From Haliotis cracherodii (taxonomy: Eukaryota), in the NCBI RefSeq assembly GCF_022045235.1, contig NW_027266264.1, forward strand, positions 16,244,001-16,308,000: DNA of 64,000 nucleotides, read 5' to 3'. Both the position numbers and the translations under genes were made by a program. Below the pieces are notes generated by a model. It was not told the origin of the DNA. It saw nothing but the letters and a program-made list of their open reading frames with translations, and searched no databases. Below, one piece after another: positions 62,986 through 64,000 of the stretch; position 1 is the stretch's first letter, and every line of letters begins with the position of its first letter.

Positions 62986-64000
62986 AACTATCGGGCGACC
63001 TTCATACGCCTTAAAAAGTCGTCCATCCTTATCCAGCTATTAAATCGCCTCATACGACCAGCAAAGGGATGAATTCTAATTATGAATTCCACGGGTTCCC
63101 AATGTAGGGTGCCAGAGATAATTTCTACCCCCGGGATCATTTGAATGTATGACGTTTAGAGTAATTACTGCATAAAATCATTGTGGCTAACAACTTTTCT
63201 CACTTTCTTATTTGACTTCATTTAGTGAAGAGCATCCTCCAGTCGCCATTAATCAATCACTTGATTGTCTGGTCCAGACTCGATTATTTACAGACCGCCG
63301 TCATATAGCTGGAATATTGCTGAGTGCGGCGTTAAACAACAAACAAACAAACAAACAACATATTTAGGCGAGAAATTGAGATCATAAATGTGAGCATTTC
63401 CGGCATCAATTTGATACATCATCGCAATATTATGAAATTCATAATAAACTAATAAGTAACAATGTCCTTTAAAAGGCATTTTAGTATTGGCATTTATACT
63501 TCAAACGTAAATTGTAGAAACTATTGCAAGACCAGATGTGGCTGGTCACTTCAATGAGAAAACGTGTGTGTTTTTAATTCCATCACACCTTGTCCTGCTA
63601 TGAGCAGCGGAAGGAGGTACACCCAAATCATTATGAACACATTTCAAAGTGGTTACAACCTCACCAGACCCTGATGTACAGGTTAGTACATGTCCCACGA
63701 GCATGGACATTGCTAATGGAAACGGCGCCTTCAAGACATCAGCAAGGGAAGCGAGCAACTGCTGAATGCATTTGTTTGTCATGAACTTGACAGCCAACAT
63801 GTACGCCCTTGTGAATGCAAGGTAGAAAAGTCATAAATCGCACCCTGGTCTATATAATTTCGTTCCAGAGGTCATCTTGCTGTTGTTTCTTTGCGACCTG
63901 TGCGATGCGCCCTTTATCCGATTTCTGTTCTATAAGCTGATGGGCTTCCCAGTAGATGCTAGCCTTGTTAGGCAGGTCCACTGTGCTTCCTACGGTGGAC

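Overview
AT-rich animal genomic DNA with spliceosomal introns, many SINEs, MITEs and minisatellites, and three N-gaps. The repeat content suggests a mollusc, probably a gastropod such as abalone (inference). I rebuilt four minus-strand protein-coding genes by hand from GT-AG sites and reading phase. (1) The 5' part of a secreted signal peptide-SomatomedinB-EndoU gene, which runs off the left edge. (2) A near-complete tandem paralog of it (9156-14788). Its EndoU catalytic triad appears degenerate (second His to Asn, Lys to Ala) and it carries a His/Asn-rich insertion, so it is a candidate secreted pseudo-ribonuclease. (3) An intronless UNC5CL-like TM-ZU5-UPA-death-domain gene (19505-21493) that retains the HF/S autoproteolysis motif, with a candidate promoter holding kB, AP-1, MEF2 and TATA motifs. 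(4) An 11-coding-exon, 516-aa receptor (45874-58206), mostly missed by the ORF track, with four neuroglian/hemolin-type Ig domains, no FN3 repeats, one TM helix and a short Tyr-containing tail. Together they look like a possible innate-immune locus (inference). Other notable structure: a 4.4-kb tandem duplication, a partly duplicated SMB exon, a 47-bp satellite with higher-order structure, and several non-autonomous DNA transposons. Most long ORFs in the track are repeat artefacts.
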